Shown here in pieces: positions 19,666 to 33,596 of a stretch of DNA of 64,000 bases (positions are counted from its first letter, which is position 1; each line of letters begins with the position of its first letter). The notes beneath the pieces were generated by a model, which saw nothing but the letters and a program-made list of their open reading frames with translations, searched no databases and was not told where the DNA came from. Origin of the DNA: Blastocystis sp. Blastoise (lineage: Eukaryota > Protista > Bigyra: Opalinata); NCBI GenBank assembly GCA_039096225.1, contig JBBPEB010000032.1, positions 186,001 to 250,000 on the forward strand, in the 5' to 3' direction. Made by a program: the position numbers and the translations under genes.

Positions 19666-21086
19666 TTTTTATATCCTTTGTTCTAACTAGTTCCTGATAA
19701 GAAAATATTAAAATAAAAGCACAAAAATAAAAGAAAAACTAGTCTATATATATTTTGAAATGAAACATATCTTCTTCACTAGAAACTTTACATGACCTCC
19801 CTATTATTTGAAAATAATCACGGTTCTACGAGTTATACATATAGGATTGAGAAGAATTCATTACTGTTTTTCTATAGGAGAAACTGACACCTATCTGATT
19901 GGCTAGATAATCATCTTATAGAAAGTTTATTGGATAAAAGACTATATCCATCAAATAATATAATCTCAAGTATTTATTACGTATTTTACAAAACAAAACA
20001 ATCCTTTCTGTTTTAGTATTTTGTTGTTTATTTTGTTTTCTAAAAATCGAATGAATAATGATAATGCTTATTCTTAAACTATTCTTACCAAAAATTTATA
20101 AACGAAAAATAGTTATCTGTGAATTGATTTCTTCTTTTAAAAACAAATAACTATTGTTATACTATTTCTTAATCAATTTTTAAAAAATATATTACTCCAA
20201 ACAAATAAATTGTTGATGATGAATCAGATATTCATTTCACAAAAATGTTCACAACGTACTCAAATTAAAAGCATATAAAACGAGTATATGAATATCATAA
20301 ATATCAACGATCATCCAAATAATATTCCATGTATTCTTATTTATTAGAAATATTTGAATAATATAATAGTTTTGAATTACCTCTTCTTATGTGTTATCTT
20401 CATTTTTTAAAATTAAAAGCTCAGATTTATATCTAATTAAACAGATTCATCATCTATTGATTAGCTTTAATGTTCATTTCGTTCTTAGCTATAAAAAAAA
20501 TTAAGATACTATTGACAATACTGTTTTTATTATTCCATTATAGATAAAACCAATAAAACATATAGAAGAAATATATAAACACATTTTCCATCATCTATCA
20601 ATAATAAAAAAAGAACAGAAACAGAAATATAAGCACTTCCATGTTTTTAACATGAATATAGTTTAAAAATTTCTATGCAGCTGTCAATTGAGGCAGTGCT
20701 GGTGTGTATGTGTGTATCCATTACGCAGTAGTAAAACAAATCAAAGATTTTTTCATTAGTGTGATTTAGTTATTGCTTGAATAAAATGGCGTGATTATTT
20801 AAAGTCAATATTTTCTTTTATATCTTGAATATATTTGATGATCAAAAAAATGATTTAAAAGCAATCTGTAAACAATCAAACATTGTGTCTATGAATTTTC
20901 ACGGGACATTTTTCCATATTTTATTATGGTCTCAATAATCTAATGAACCAATAATCTTCTGTATTTTTGCTAATTAGGGCTCCATTTTGTCCTATTTCTT
21001 ATAATTAGTCCATAAATATATTGAATAAGAGTTCCCTGTTGAACTAATTACCTTAGATATTATTTATTTATTATATTAAATGCAAG

Positions 21087-22452
21087 ATGGACTCCGTCAA
21101 TTCTTATTCTGAAGAGACAAATAAAGTCCCAATCAAAAACTATTCCAAAAAAGCTTTGGCATCTGCTTCAAATTCTATTGTATGTTTCTTGATTTTTATT
21201 ATTCGGTCATCATTTTCCTTTATATAGAAATCAAGCAAAACACAAGTTCTCAATTCAAATACTCGGAAAACTGCCAAGAGAACAAAAAGAACAAAGACGA
21301 GTGAAAAAGATAAAGACGATATTAAGTGTATTTTTTTAAATCTTTCATACCTGAATTTAATTTCTTTTTTAATATATAGCTGTAGCTAATACTAAGCATT
21401 CTAATAAAGAATACAAATTACCGACGTATGTATAAATTTGCATTCTAGGTATAAATTATATAGAGAACGAAAAATAAAACGTCGATGGACAGAAGATGAG
21501 AAAGCACGTTTAGAGAGTGCAGTATACCAGTATGGGTGTGACTGGCGCAAAGTTTCAAGCAATATCTTTTTAACTTTTAATAACCATTATTATATATATT
21601 ATTTTATTTTATTTCTTAATTTATATACTTGTTTCAAGTAGAGATCCAACAAGCTGCAAAGAAAAATATGATTCAATGCAAGATAACTCCAAGAAAGTAT
21701 ATAACTATTCGCTATAAACAATTGTTTTATGTTCATTCTATATTATTATAATATATTATTTATAGGGTCATTTTACTAAAGAAGAAGATGTACTAATTAC
21801 AAAATTAATCGAAGAATATAAACAAACAGATACATATAAGAAAACAAAAATCATCCCTTATAAGGAGATTTCTCAGAATTTACCTGGACGAACTAGTAAG
21901 TCAGTTCGTTATCGATGGAAAAATCATCTAGATCATGGCGTGAAAACAGAGTATTTATTTATTTTTATTATTATTTTCTTTAAATTTTATTTTTTTATTT
22001 TTTTATTTATTTATTTATTTTTTTAATTTTTAAATTTAGATTTAAATTTTATTATTATTATCCTATAAATTATAGTGAGCCAAGTCGTGAAGAATATGAA
22101 CTTTTAGCATATTTGGTTCCGAAATATCATTTCTCGTACTCTCAAGTAGCAAGAGTATATCTATTTATCTTATATATATATAGAATTATTCTTATATATA
22201 TATATATATAGAAATTGAAGAATCGAACGGATGATTGGATTCGTAGAAAATATAAATGTTTATGTACTTTGAATGTATATATATATATATATTAATATAT
22301 ATATATATCTGTAGGCCTTTCTTCCCCTTCCTCCCCGTGAGACGGTGCGTCACAAACGTCGTAATAATAAGAATCAGTTCATGCCTGCTGCTGACATCAT
22401 GCGTTTATACCCCCAACAGAAGCGTTTCTATGAAGATGAAAGTGATGTTGAA

Positions 22453-22497
<45 letters not shown>

Positions 22498-23229
22498 GAT
22501 GCTAATACGAATAATGATGATATTTCCACTATGAATACTCCTATGTCATTCTCTCCTGATTCTCTTATTTATCCCTCCTTAAAGGATGAATATAGTATTA
22601 AAGGCAGTTTCTCTTCGTCTACTCTCTCTGCCTCCTCCCCTTCGGCCATCTCCTTTGAGCCACCCAGAAATACTCACTCTGTACCCTTTGTCATAGAGAC
22701 TACATGTACTAAAGAGACGCTGTCTGCTGCTCAACCTCTCGCTGAGGATATTAGTATATCTCTTGAACTACAGGATATCATAGATAGTCTTGTAGATGCA
22801 GTAGTTATGGATGGTCTAGCTGCCGATAATAGAAGTACCAATAATACTAATACTGTGAATAATCGTAATGCTCTCGCCGAATGGGAGTATTCTGATAATT
22901 CAGGTAGTATTGATAATATGATCTTAGCAGATCCGTTTTTTGCTTCCTTATTTACCGATAGAACGAAATCTGATCATAACTACACCGTCCATGAAGATCT
23001 TATGAATGCTTTCGGTTCTTACCAAGGTTCTAGTGCTGCTTCCTCTCCTTTCACCGCCTCTACTGATTCTATCAATTTCTCCTCTCCATTCTCCTCCTTT
23101 TCTCAAGGATCCTTCGTTCCTATGTCTGCATCTACTCTTCCTTCCTCTTATCCTTCTGGATCTCTACTTAATACAAATATAAATAACTATACTAATGAAT
23201 ATACTCCTTTGTATGCAAACTCTATGTAA
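21087..23229 (+). CDS. Myb transcription factor with three Myb repeats and an acidic/Ser-rich C-terminus
   Basis: RRWTEDEKARL...CDWRKVSSIVSSRDPTSCKEKY; KGHFTKEED...LPGRTSKSVRYRWKNHLD; third repeat ...YSQVARKLKNRTDDWIRRKY; poly-Asp tract. Confidence 0.9.
21562..21628 (+). other. U12-type (minor) AT-AC intron inside Myb repeat 1
   Basis: AGC A|ATATCTTTT ... TTCTTAAT ttatatAC|TT GTT. Removal gives the canonical Myb spacing W-x2-V-x3-V-x2-R. I found no GT-AG solution. Confidence 0.85.
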
Positions 23230-26200
23230 CAAACAGCTTTTTAGTATAAGTAAATAGAAAACAAAATCTCTTAGTCTTTATTTTTGTATTATTCTATTTA
23301 TTATCTCCTCTTTATTCCTATCTCTTATATGTCGTAAATCAGTAAGATTAGATTATTCATCTTCTCATTCCCGCGGTAATTGTCACCTCTACTCAAGTAT
23401 ATTCTGCGTTACATATATCTTTCCCTTTAGAAGAAATTATATTCTTATATATATATAAATATATTGTATCAAATATATATATCTGTTCTTCTCTATTGAA
23501 AAGTCTTCTTCTTCTCTGTGGCTTTCAATACCTATACTTATTATATTTATTCTTCTATACAATTTATGAGTATATTTGTTATTTCCTTATATATATAACG
23601 ATTTATCTTATTTTATTTTCCTTCTTTTACCTATATCTGTCATTTCCGACAACGTTCTTTATAAAGCACTTCTTTCTGTCTTTCACCTTGAGAGTTCATT
23701 TATACTCTGTATTTCTCCCTCTATATATATTCTCTGTTCGTCACTCTTTTTGATTACTCTCTTTTTGATCTCTATCATTTATTATTATTATTATTATTTC
23801 TATTGTATACATATATTTTACTCTATGTATCTATTATATATATATATATAACCGTTTTTATGAGCATGATTTAATTATCGTTACATCGATCAAACAATGC
23901 TTCTTTATATATAAACACTTTTCTTTTAATGGTTATACACCTATATACTCTCTATTTTATATTGTTTTTTATTTCTATATATATATATATAACATATGTG
24001 AGGGTAATACTATTTCTTCTCTCCTTATCTCTAATGATTAACAATTAAATAATAAGAATATACACTTAAGGTCACTTTGACCTTATTCTATATATATATA
24101 TATACTGTCAGTCTCCGATTTATATGGAACTGTGTTTTAATAAATATATATATCTTTTTATGTTTATTAATTGTTAATTGTTTCTTTCTATCACATTAAA
24201 TAATATATATGTATAATATTATTTACATATATATTTTTGCTATATTTTGATGTGATAATAATTCGTATTTTTTATCATAACTATGTCTCCTATTGTTCTA
24301 TATACATATATATATGATTTCATCTATTTCACAAGAAGTTACCTTATTAAACGTCATCGCTATCTACCTGTCTATCTCTATATTGTATAATTATATATAC
24401 ATATATATATATTTCAAGTATCATATCACATTCTCATAGCAATACTTCCTGTGTGTTTATTATTATTATTGGTATTATTATTATTTGCATTTATATTTCT
24501 CGAAGTTGCAGTTCTTCGACTTTTTGCTATCTTACTGCTATTCAACACTCTTTTTAACACTATTATGGGTGATCTATATACTCTTGTATCTCCTATACAT
24601 TTGCATTTAGTAACATTATAAATTATTTTCTTCAGTTTTTTGTACTATTTCATATTTTTCGTCTTTATATAATATATTGTCATTTCTTTGTTCTTCATCG
24701 AATTCTATTCCATTTCATATTTTCTTTTACCCGTATATTTCAAAATTTTCATACTTTTTTATTTCAATTGATTGCCTACTTATATATATATTTTATTACG
24801 TTGTTTTTTTTTTTTTTTTAATAATAATAATAATAAATATTATTATTATTTGTATTTAATTAATAATTTTAAATATATATAATTATATATATATACCATC
24901 TTTTTACTTTGTTTCTAATTTTATATTTTACTCATTTTTATTCATGTTTCACTATGTTTCACTAGTTTTATCACTCCATATCTTTTTGGATCATAAATCG
25001 TGAAGCAACAATATATATGTACCTATATATATTCTATATACATATACTCACTTTATTGCATATCTATAATATATATATATAGTTTTTATTTTTTGTATTT
25101 ATTTTTTCTTATGCAATAGCAAATAATATGAATAATCATTTTTTTTTTTTTTTAATATAAAACCATTTTTTTCTTTATGTACTTCATTTTGCAATGGCTT
25201 GTTTATAATCAATGAGAGTCATTCGTTTTTATTCTATATAATACATTTCTTTTTTCTTTTTATTATACTATTTAATCATGCATTCATTCTTAACTATAAG
25301 TTTTTTGTAGCTCAGTTCAAAATTACCATAATGATATTATGTTAGTGTTAGTATATTCATTCACTCAAGAATGATTCCTATTTATTATGCTCAATTTCTT
25401 GACTGATATAAATCATATATTATTTATGAATATTTTATTAACTTCAATAATATTTATATATTATTTTCTTTATATATATATATATTTCTTAAAGCAACCC
25501 TTTGGTTTTCTAATTTATTATCTATAAGAATAAATATACATTTATATGTTCTTATATAACGAATTTAAACGTTTATTATTTTTTTTTTTTTGTTGTTGTG
25601 TTAATTTGTATATTCATTATTATTATATACATTACTAATTGTCAATTATCTATAGTATTTACTCTTATAACTTCATTGTATTATATTATATTCTTATACA
25701 TAATAATTAATAGAACTGTACTAACAGTATAATCATTTGAGCAGCAGTTATTTTTTTTTTTTTATATCTTTATACTACTTTCATTTTCGTGTAAATGTCA
25801 TATATAATTGTTAAGGGTATTCATATCCTTTGTCTTATTAATAAATCATTTGTTTATATTCTTTTCTCTTGATAGACACATAAATAGAACTATAACATCA
25901 TAAATTATTCATAAGAGAATCAGAGAAATATTCATATATAATACTATTCTATATTTAAGAATAATATGTTGACAGTATTACTTGTTTAAATTATTCCAAC
26001 GAGTATTACTTATTTAAAACCATATAATTCACAATCACAAATAGAACAAATAGTATATTTAAAAACTATCCTATAACTTTTATAAACCCACAAGTTTTTG
26101 GAAAAATGCTTTTAATTTTTCTTCTTTAAGTATATATATAGTGAAATAGGTATTATTTTTATACATACAACTAATAACTATGACAATTAAATGAATCTAT

Positions 26201-27039
26201 AAAGTAAATAATATGTTTGTATTCATCATTCACAGTAATATATATATATATTATAGATATATATAGATTCTATTACCTTAATAATTCAATAAAATAATGT
26301 TTCTAAAGTACAAACAGATAATAATCTCTAAGTATCTATTATAAGAAATACTATTTGTTTTATTCTTTTATATTATAAGAATTACACATAAAAATCTACA
26401 TTATATGATAACTTAATAGACACTTACATGACATATGAAATATTACACTAAATTACTATTATTTGATAAACTAATAAGTGCCAAATTATTTGAAGATGCT
26501 CATACAACTTATTATCTACAAGGTAAACAAAAAAGGAACAGAATATCTTCAAATGAATCCCCTAGCAAAAAGAAAAATCATCGAATAGTCACTTCTACGT
26601 ATTGAATAGCATAAAATTAATATATAGTTAAGTGTTTAACATGAAGTTTTAGATAATTTATAACACGATTAATATCCACCAACAATAACTTGTTTTTAAA
26701 TAGCAAATCATATCAGAATCATCTTTCCTTTTCATAATCGCATGTTAACTAATTATTAATATAAACAAGTGATGAGTATTTAAATTACGATGACGATAAA
26801 TCCTAAAAATTTAAAAAAATAATAATGTGGAAACGAATGGCTTCTCTCTAATGGAAACACAATTCAATACTGAAACTTGTTTTACTTTTTCGTTTCGTTT
26901 ATAACATCATATAATTTTTTGAACTTAGATTCAGATTGATATTAGCATTTTTCAAAAGAAAGTATATAAAATAAAATATATTCAATAACATTATATAAAA
27001 GGAATTATATCTTCTGTACAATTATCTTATCATACTCAA

Positions 27040-28488
27040 ATGAATCCTATTCATTCAAACGAAGATAAATCATGGAATCTAGACAAAGAAAATTACTGTA
27101 TTATAATAAATAGAACTACACATTTCTACTATTTTTCTAGTCCTATTTCGTTTTCAAGAAGAGAATACATGTATCGTATCAAGTGAATTTCTTAAAAAAT
27201 GTCCTGAATGTATTTTAAGTCATTTTAGTCAATTAGATGAAGAAGATAAAGACGAAGGCATTTTTGTTGATTTTACTGTTCATTATCCCAATATATTGAT
27301 ATCTATGATTAATGGAGAATATAATGAAAAGTATTCAGATGATGATATTGATAATTCTCTTTTGAAAAATGATTTTCTGACCTTGTTTCCTCATAAAAGT
27401 GAAAATAGTGATTTTATTACCAGTATACTATGTAAGCCTATATTTGATTATTGTTCCAAGTCAAATGATAGTATTTGTTGTTGTAATACATACGAATACT
27501 CATATAACTCTGATAATAACTCCGATGCTTCTTATAATATGACTGTAGATACCATGAATTTTCAAGATAAATATGTATATGTAATCTCAGGTATATTACC
27601 ATTTATTTAAAGATTATATATATCTATATATATTTTAGGAAATTTAAATAATACCAAAATCAATGAGTTAAAGAAATTAAGTCGATATTTTGTGTTCTTT
27701 AAGTTTGAAACTGTTTCTATTGAATGTATAATATATATAATTATCTTTATAATAATAATATATATACATATATATAGCTATATTTACTCCTGATCTTGAT
27801 ATAACTACTGTTATTAATAATCAATATTTATCTATTTTCCCTAATCTTCCTTCTTTTTATATCCGATGTATATATATATATATATATTCATTAATTCAAT
27901 CATATCTCACTTAAATCTCTCTAATCATCATAAACATATTTATATAGTTATGTATAACAACAAGAATCATAATGATGTTCATGAAGTATCATTCAGTTAT
28001 ATACAAAAAGAAATGAATTCTTCAAGTATACTTTTATATACTTACTTATATATATATATATAGTGACATATTCTATTTATAAAATGAAGTATATATTAGT
28101 TATTATTATATAATAATTTCTACTTGTAGTCTATATTCTATTTATGATCCTTCTTTTGTTCATTGGATTATGAAGAATCCATTCCAAAATACTATCAAAG
28201 AAATCATATTCAGTATTTTCTATTCAATAAATCGAACACTTCTAATACATAATCAATATAGATAAAATAGCAGATTTAAGACAATATATATATATGTTTA
28301 AAAGCAATGCTTTCCCTGAAATCACTGATATTCATTTCTCTTATGGCATGTTTTCCTATCTATTTCTTCTTCTATTTCTCTAACAATTTATAGATATCTT
28401 AACTCATAAATATGAATATATGATGAAAAGTATAATAAAATCAACAATCCAACTATAAACTGTATCTCCTTTGAAAGTATTCATATAT

Positions 28489-28540
<52 letters not shown>

Positions 28541-30854
28541 TTTTTATAATCATAATAAAAACTCTTATTTTTTCAACATATATAATTCATTTATCTACAT
28601 ATATATTTCCTTATTTATAATACATTACATCTTTTTATTCATGCATAGATACAACTATTGATTCTTTATGTTGTCAACAAATTCCAGTCATTCTTTCTAC
28701 TATCCATTCAAATAACCTTCTAAATATTAATAGGATCTCTTTTCAAAGAGGTATATTTATAAATATACATTTATTATACTTCTATTTCTATAGCTAATAT
28801 TACTAATACATGTCTATTTACTAAATGTCTTAATTATACAAATATATTTGAACAAATCAATATAAAAGGTATTCCAATTTCACATTCCTTTTTATATTCG
28901 TTAATATTCAATTATTTATTAGGAATTAACAAAGATTCTTTATTAGATTTTATTATTTCCATTCAACAAGGATTATTTCAAAATATAAAACATATCGAGA
29001 TGGATGGTATATATATATATATATTAAATCTAACTTTAACAATATTCTTAGATCTTGATCTCTCTATACCATTTAAGGATCTTGTAGGCCTAAAAAAACT
29101 TCTTGACAAAGCTCCTGTTCCTATCTCTATATTATCGATAGGTACACAAGAAGGACAGTATGGTATTTTTGGAACATCTTATAGTCAAAAAACATATAGT
29201 ATATATCACTATATTCGTTAATATAATACATTGATTAATTTATATAGAAGTAAAATGGACTGATTTTTCATTATTATTTCGAGAATTATCTAGTACGGTT
29301 GAAGAATTGAATATTTTAGATAATATTACATCAGAAACAATTAATGATATGACAAACTTATTCAAACCACTAATATTTATGTCTCTTAAGAAACTTCAAC
29401 TTACTTGTAATATTTCTTATATCTTTAATTCATATTAGTTATCATATGAATTGACTATACTATTATTTATATATATAGATAATGAGTCAATGTCTTTTCT
29501 TCCCTCTCTCCTCTTCTTCCTGTCTTCCTCTTTCTATCCTTCCCTTCAAACACTATTTATCAACTCCAAAATTTGCACCTCTTCAATCTCACAAGGAAAC
29601 CAAATCTTCACTTTTAATTCTCTTCAAAATAACCATATTCAACTTCATATGCCCACATTGGTACATCTTCAAGTCTCAAGTATGTAGATATATATACATA
29701 TATATACATTAATAATTCTTCCATTCTTCTTAGAACTTTGTTTTACATCAGAAATACTTCAAATATTCTTAACGTTATTCCTTAATAATTGTCCTTTTCT
29801 TAAAGAACTCACATTTCAAGAATGTAAATTTGATATACAATGTGAAGAAATATTCTATACACTTGCAAATAAAGGACTTTTAAAGAATATTCAACAAATT
29901 AGTTTTGAGTCCATTCTGTTCAATTTCATACCCTCTCGTGGCTTTATATCTGTATTTCTCCCTCGACGATTCGTACATTTAAATAAAGATCAATTAAAAT
30001 CACTTACTAAACTCTATTATTCTAACACTAGTTTTACTGTCGAGGATTTTAAGAGTTATGTTGATCTCTTTATAAAACGAATTATCCCCTCCACTTGTCT
30101 TTCTCTCACAAATCCACAAGTAATCACACATTCTAGTATATATTGTTTATTTTATTATAGAGAATATATCTCTTTTGTCATATCATATCATCAAAAAGAA
30201 CTTTGAATTAATAATTATATATATAATTCTTTATATATCTCTTAGATAAAGATATAATTATCTGCCCTGCAAAAGGAATTGAGTATCTTCTTCAAGCAAT
30301 ACAACAGAAACAACTCACTCATCTTACAATAATTAATCTTAATTGTATATAATAATTATACCACTATATATATATATTCTATATAATGTAAATATCTCCA
30401 GATACATATCTCACATATGATATACTCGTACAAATCAGCACATATTTAAATAAAGAATATCTACCTGAATTATCTCAACTATATATTCATTGTATATTCA
30501 TATTGACACAAATCATTATTCATAACATAATAACTCTATGAATTATATATAGTTAATTGTAATAGTGAAATACTAAATAAAGTACAAAGCATGATAAATC
30601 AAGTAGAATTAGTAATATCAAATCAGTTACATTATCTTCTAATTACCAAAACAACCATTGTAGAAAACAATGTCAATTCTTCTATTCCTAAACAATACAT
30701 GTCTCCTCATGACGATAATCATGAAGAAATCAAAAAAGAGAAGACATTGGGAATCAAACGAAATCACGACAATTCTACAATCATGGAACTTAATACTAAC
30801 CATAATGATAATGATAATGATTATTATCAAAACAAACCAAAGAAAACCAAATAA
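27040..30854 (+). CDS. BTB/POZ-like N-terminal domain plus degenerate LRR-like repeats (intron-rich)
   Basis: EFLKKCPECILSHF...GIFVDF...ILISMING (KCTD-type BTB-like); later LxxLxL-like segments (FMSLKKLQL, YPSLQTLFI, MPTLVHLQV, CPFLKELTF, LPELSQLYI). About 18 introns, including one GC-AG. Confidence 0.6.
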
Positions 30855-31105
30855 AATATTATTTTCATATAACATCTTTCATCAAAAATTAAAAAATAAT
30901 TAAAAATAACGCAAATAAAAACATTACTAGATTATTTTTAAGTATCTCTTTGTTTCTTCTCTTATATCTTTTCCATGAAACACTTTTTTAATTATTACTC
31001 TTTTTAATTCTATTGCATTTTTTTTTTTCCAAATTTATCTTGTTGCTTATAGTTCTTTTCAAAGTCTCTTATTTTTTCAAATTCTATATTTTATAGATAT
31101 TTTAT

Positions 31106-32202
31106 TAGAGCGGTTCAAAAGTTGCGACGAGTTGCGACACTTTTTTAATATTATTTTATAAACAAAACGAATCTTTAAAAAAAAAACATAAATAAAACAC
31201 ATAAAATACAAATTATGAATAAGTTAAGAAAAATATTAATCAAGATTGATTTCTGAAACATTACTAAAAGTGGATAAATTATCAAAAGAAATTGATAAAA
31301 TATCATCAAGAGAATCAGATAAAACACTATTTGAATTGAAATTCGCATTTTTTTCTTCATTTTCACTTTCATTTGATAATATTTCATTATCATCTACAAT
31401 TGTTATTGAAGAATCATCGATTGTAGTATCTATTTCATCTTCAATAATCATTGAATCATTTTGAATTGAAATAGTATCTATTTGTGGATTCAAATAGAAA
31501 AATAAATCTCTAAATTATCATCAGAATAACCAAATTTATTCTTTGTAAATAAAATATTCATAAAAGAGAAAGATCTTTCTACACTAACAGTAGTAGAAGG
31601 TAATTGAAGAATGAAAGAATTATTTTAGAAATAGATGGAATTTGTCTAAGAAGAGGAAAATAGAATTTTATCATTTGTTCTTTACTCATCATATTTTGAG
31701 TAAAACATTCATTTTTTTTTTCTTTTCAATATCAATAAAATCTTTCAATTTTGAAACACATAATAAATAATCTTTCTTTTCTATATCTAAAAATTCAGAT
31801 GAAGTGAAAGAAGGAAATGAAGGAGTCATCAAGAAAGGATTGAAATATTTTACTTCATTATAAAATATCATTTGTTTCTTATTCATGAATTTGATTTCTT
31901 TCAATTTTAATAATGTATTCGTAAAACCTATATAATATAAATAAATAATAATAATAATAATAAATATACTTTTCTTATATTCTTGAATAAATGAAGATTG
32001 AACATTTGAAAAATTATTTTCTTCACATATTTCATTCACTATCATAATTATATTATTTTTTCAATTTTTCAATTGTTCTTCAATTTCATCTATCAAACTA
32101 GAAACATTACAACATTGAAAATTATCATTTGATAATAATTTTAATATTTCTTCAAACTTTATTCCACTCTTCAAAAGAATCGACATTTCGATATGTAAAG
32201 AA
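31106..32202 (-). mobile_element. hAT transposon 3' fragment: TIR plus decayed transposase C-terminus, truncated by the next element
   Basis: TIR TAGAGCGGTTCAAAAGTTGCGAC at 31106. Minus-strand FILQLPSTTVSVERSFSFMN is the hAT dimerisation motif. Contains stops/frameshifts and one intron. Confidence 0.85.
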
Positions 32203-32808
32203 TAGAGCGCTTCAAAAGTTGCGACAAATCGAGTTGCGACAAATTTCACAACTTGTCGCAACTTGTCGCAATTTGTCGCAACTTTTTTTACCCCGAGTAT
32301 ATCGAGAGTCCCGTGATTATTTTATTAATTTGGCAACTAATTAAGACTTGTTTAAAAAAAGAATTCAGTGTCGCAATTTGTCACAACTTTGTCACAACTT
32401 TTCATTTAAACATATATAGACCTATTTTACATTTATATAAAATATGATAATTTATGAAATTCATAGTGGTGAATATAATAAGCATCAAGAATTATTTAAA
32501 TACTTAATTCAAACAAAGAAAAACATTAAAAATACTTTTCAAAAAATCATGAATATTTTTTTTACAGTCAAAAAAATGAAATATTCACGGGAGATTATTA
32601 ATTTTCAGTCATTTTAAAATATATAAATAATTGAAAGAAATCATCTCATTTTCATTAATTTATATTTCTATATAAATCGTTCTTTCAATATAGATTCATT
32701 CATCTATTCATAAAGTCTTCTTTAATACTCATTTCTATCAATAAAATATCATTCTAAGAATCAAAAGAAGTATATATATGTATTCATCATTCTTAATTAT
32801 CTTTAGAT

Positions 32809-33596
32809 ATGGTTAAAAAAACAATGAAACAATATAATAATCATAAAGTGAAAAGAACAGAAAAGAAGAAGTCTTCATCTACTAAGAAAAGTGAGAATGT
32901 TAGAACGAGAATCTACAAAATGAATCCAATAAGTCGTTTAACAAAAATAAAATTATCATCCACTATGAATGAAGAAGAAAAGAAATGTTTTATATCAAAG
33001 AATAATAATCTTCGTTGTATTTATTGTAATTGTATTGTAGATCATAAAAGATTATCTTCTATTAATAAACATCTCAATACTGATATGCATATTTCTAATA
33101 TGAATTCATTCATGAAAGAAAAGTCTTCTACTGTACCTTCTATAAAGAAAACTAATAATATAAAAAATAGAATTATTGAATCTAATGTGAATTATATAAG
33201 ATTTGAAAAATTAATAGAATTATTTTTAGAAGAATGTATTCCTATTAATAAATTTAAGAAACCTCAATTTAGAATGAAATTGAAAAATATATTTGAAATG
33301 AATAATAATCATATGCCTTGTTATAATACTATTCAAAAACGAATTATTCCTAAATTATATGATGAACGTATTCAATATGTAAAAATGAATTTAGATAAAT
33401 GTCCTCTAGCTGTTCTATGTGATTCTTCTACCTCAGATGCTGGTTCTAATTATTTATCAATAATCGTAAGAAAATTGAATTCTTTCAATTTGAATGAACC
33501 TTTCTACTTAATAAACTTGAAAAGAATGGAAAATCAAAAATCAAATAATTTTCTTTCTATCATTTAAGATACATTAGAAAAATGGAACATTAAAAG
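32809..33596 (+). pseudogene. Truncated hAT transposase (BED-like zinc finger, CGGBP1-like)
   Basis: LRCIYCNCIVDHKRLSSINKHLNTDMH and FLEECIPINKFKKPQFR...IQKRIIPKLY resemble CGGBP1/hAT transposases. AVLCDSSTSD is the likely first catalytic Asp. In-frame TAA at 33565, then cut by a TIR at 33597. Confidence 0.85.
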
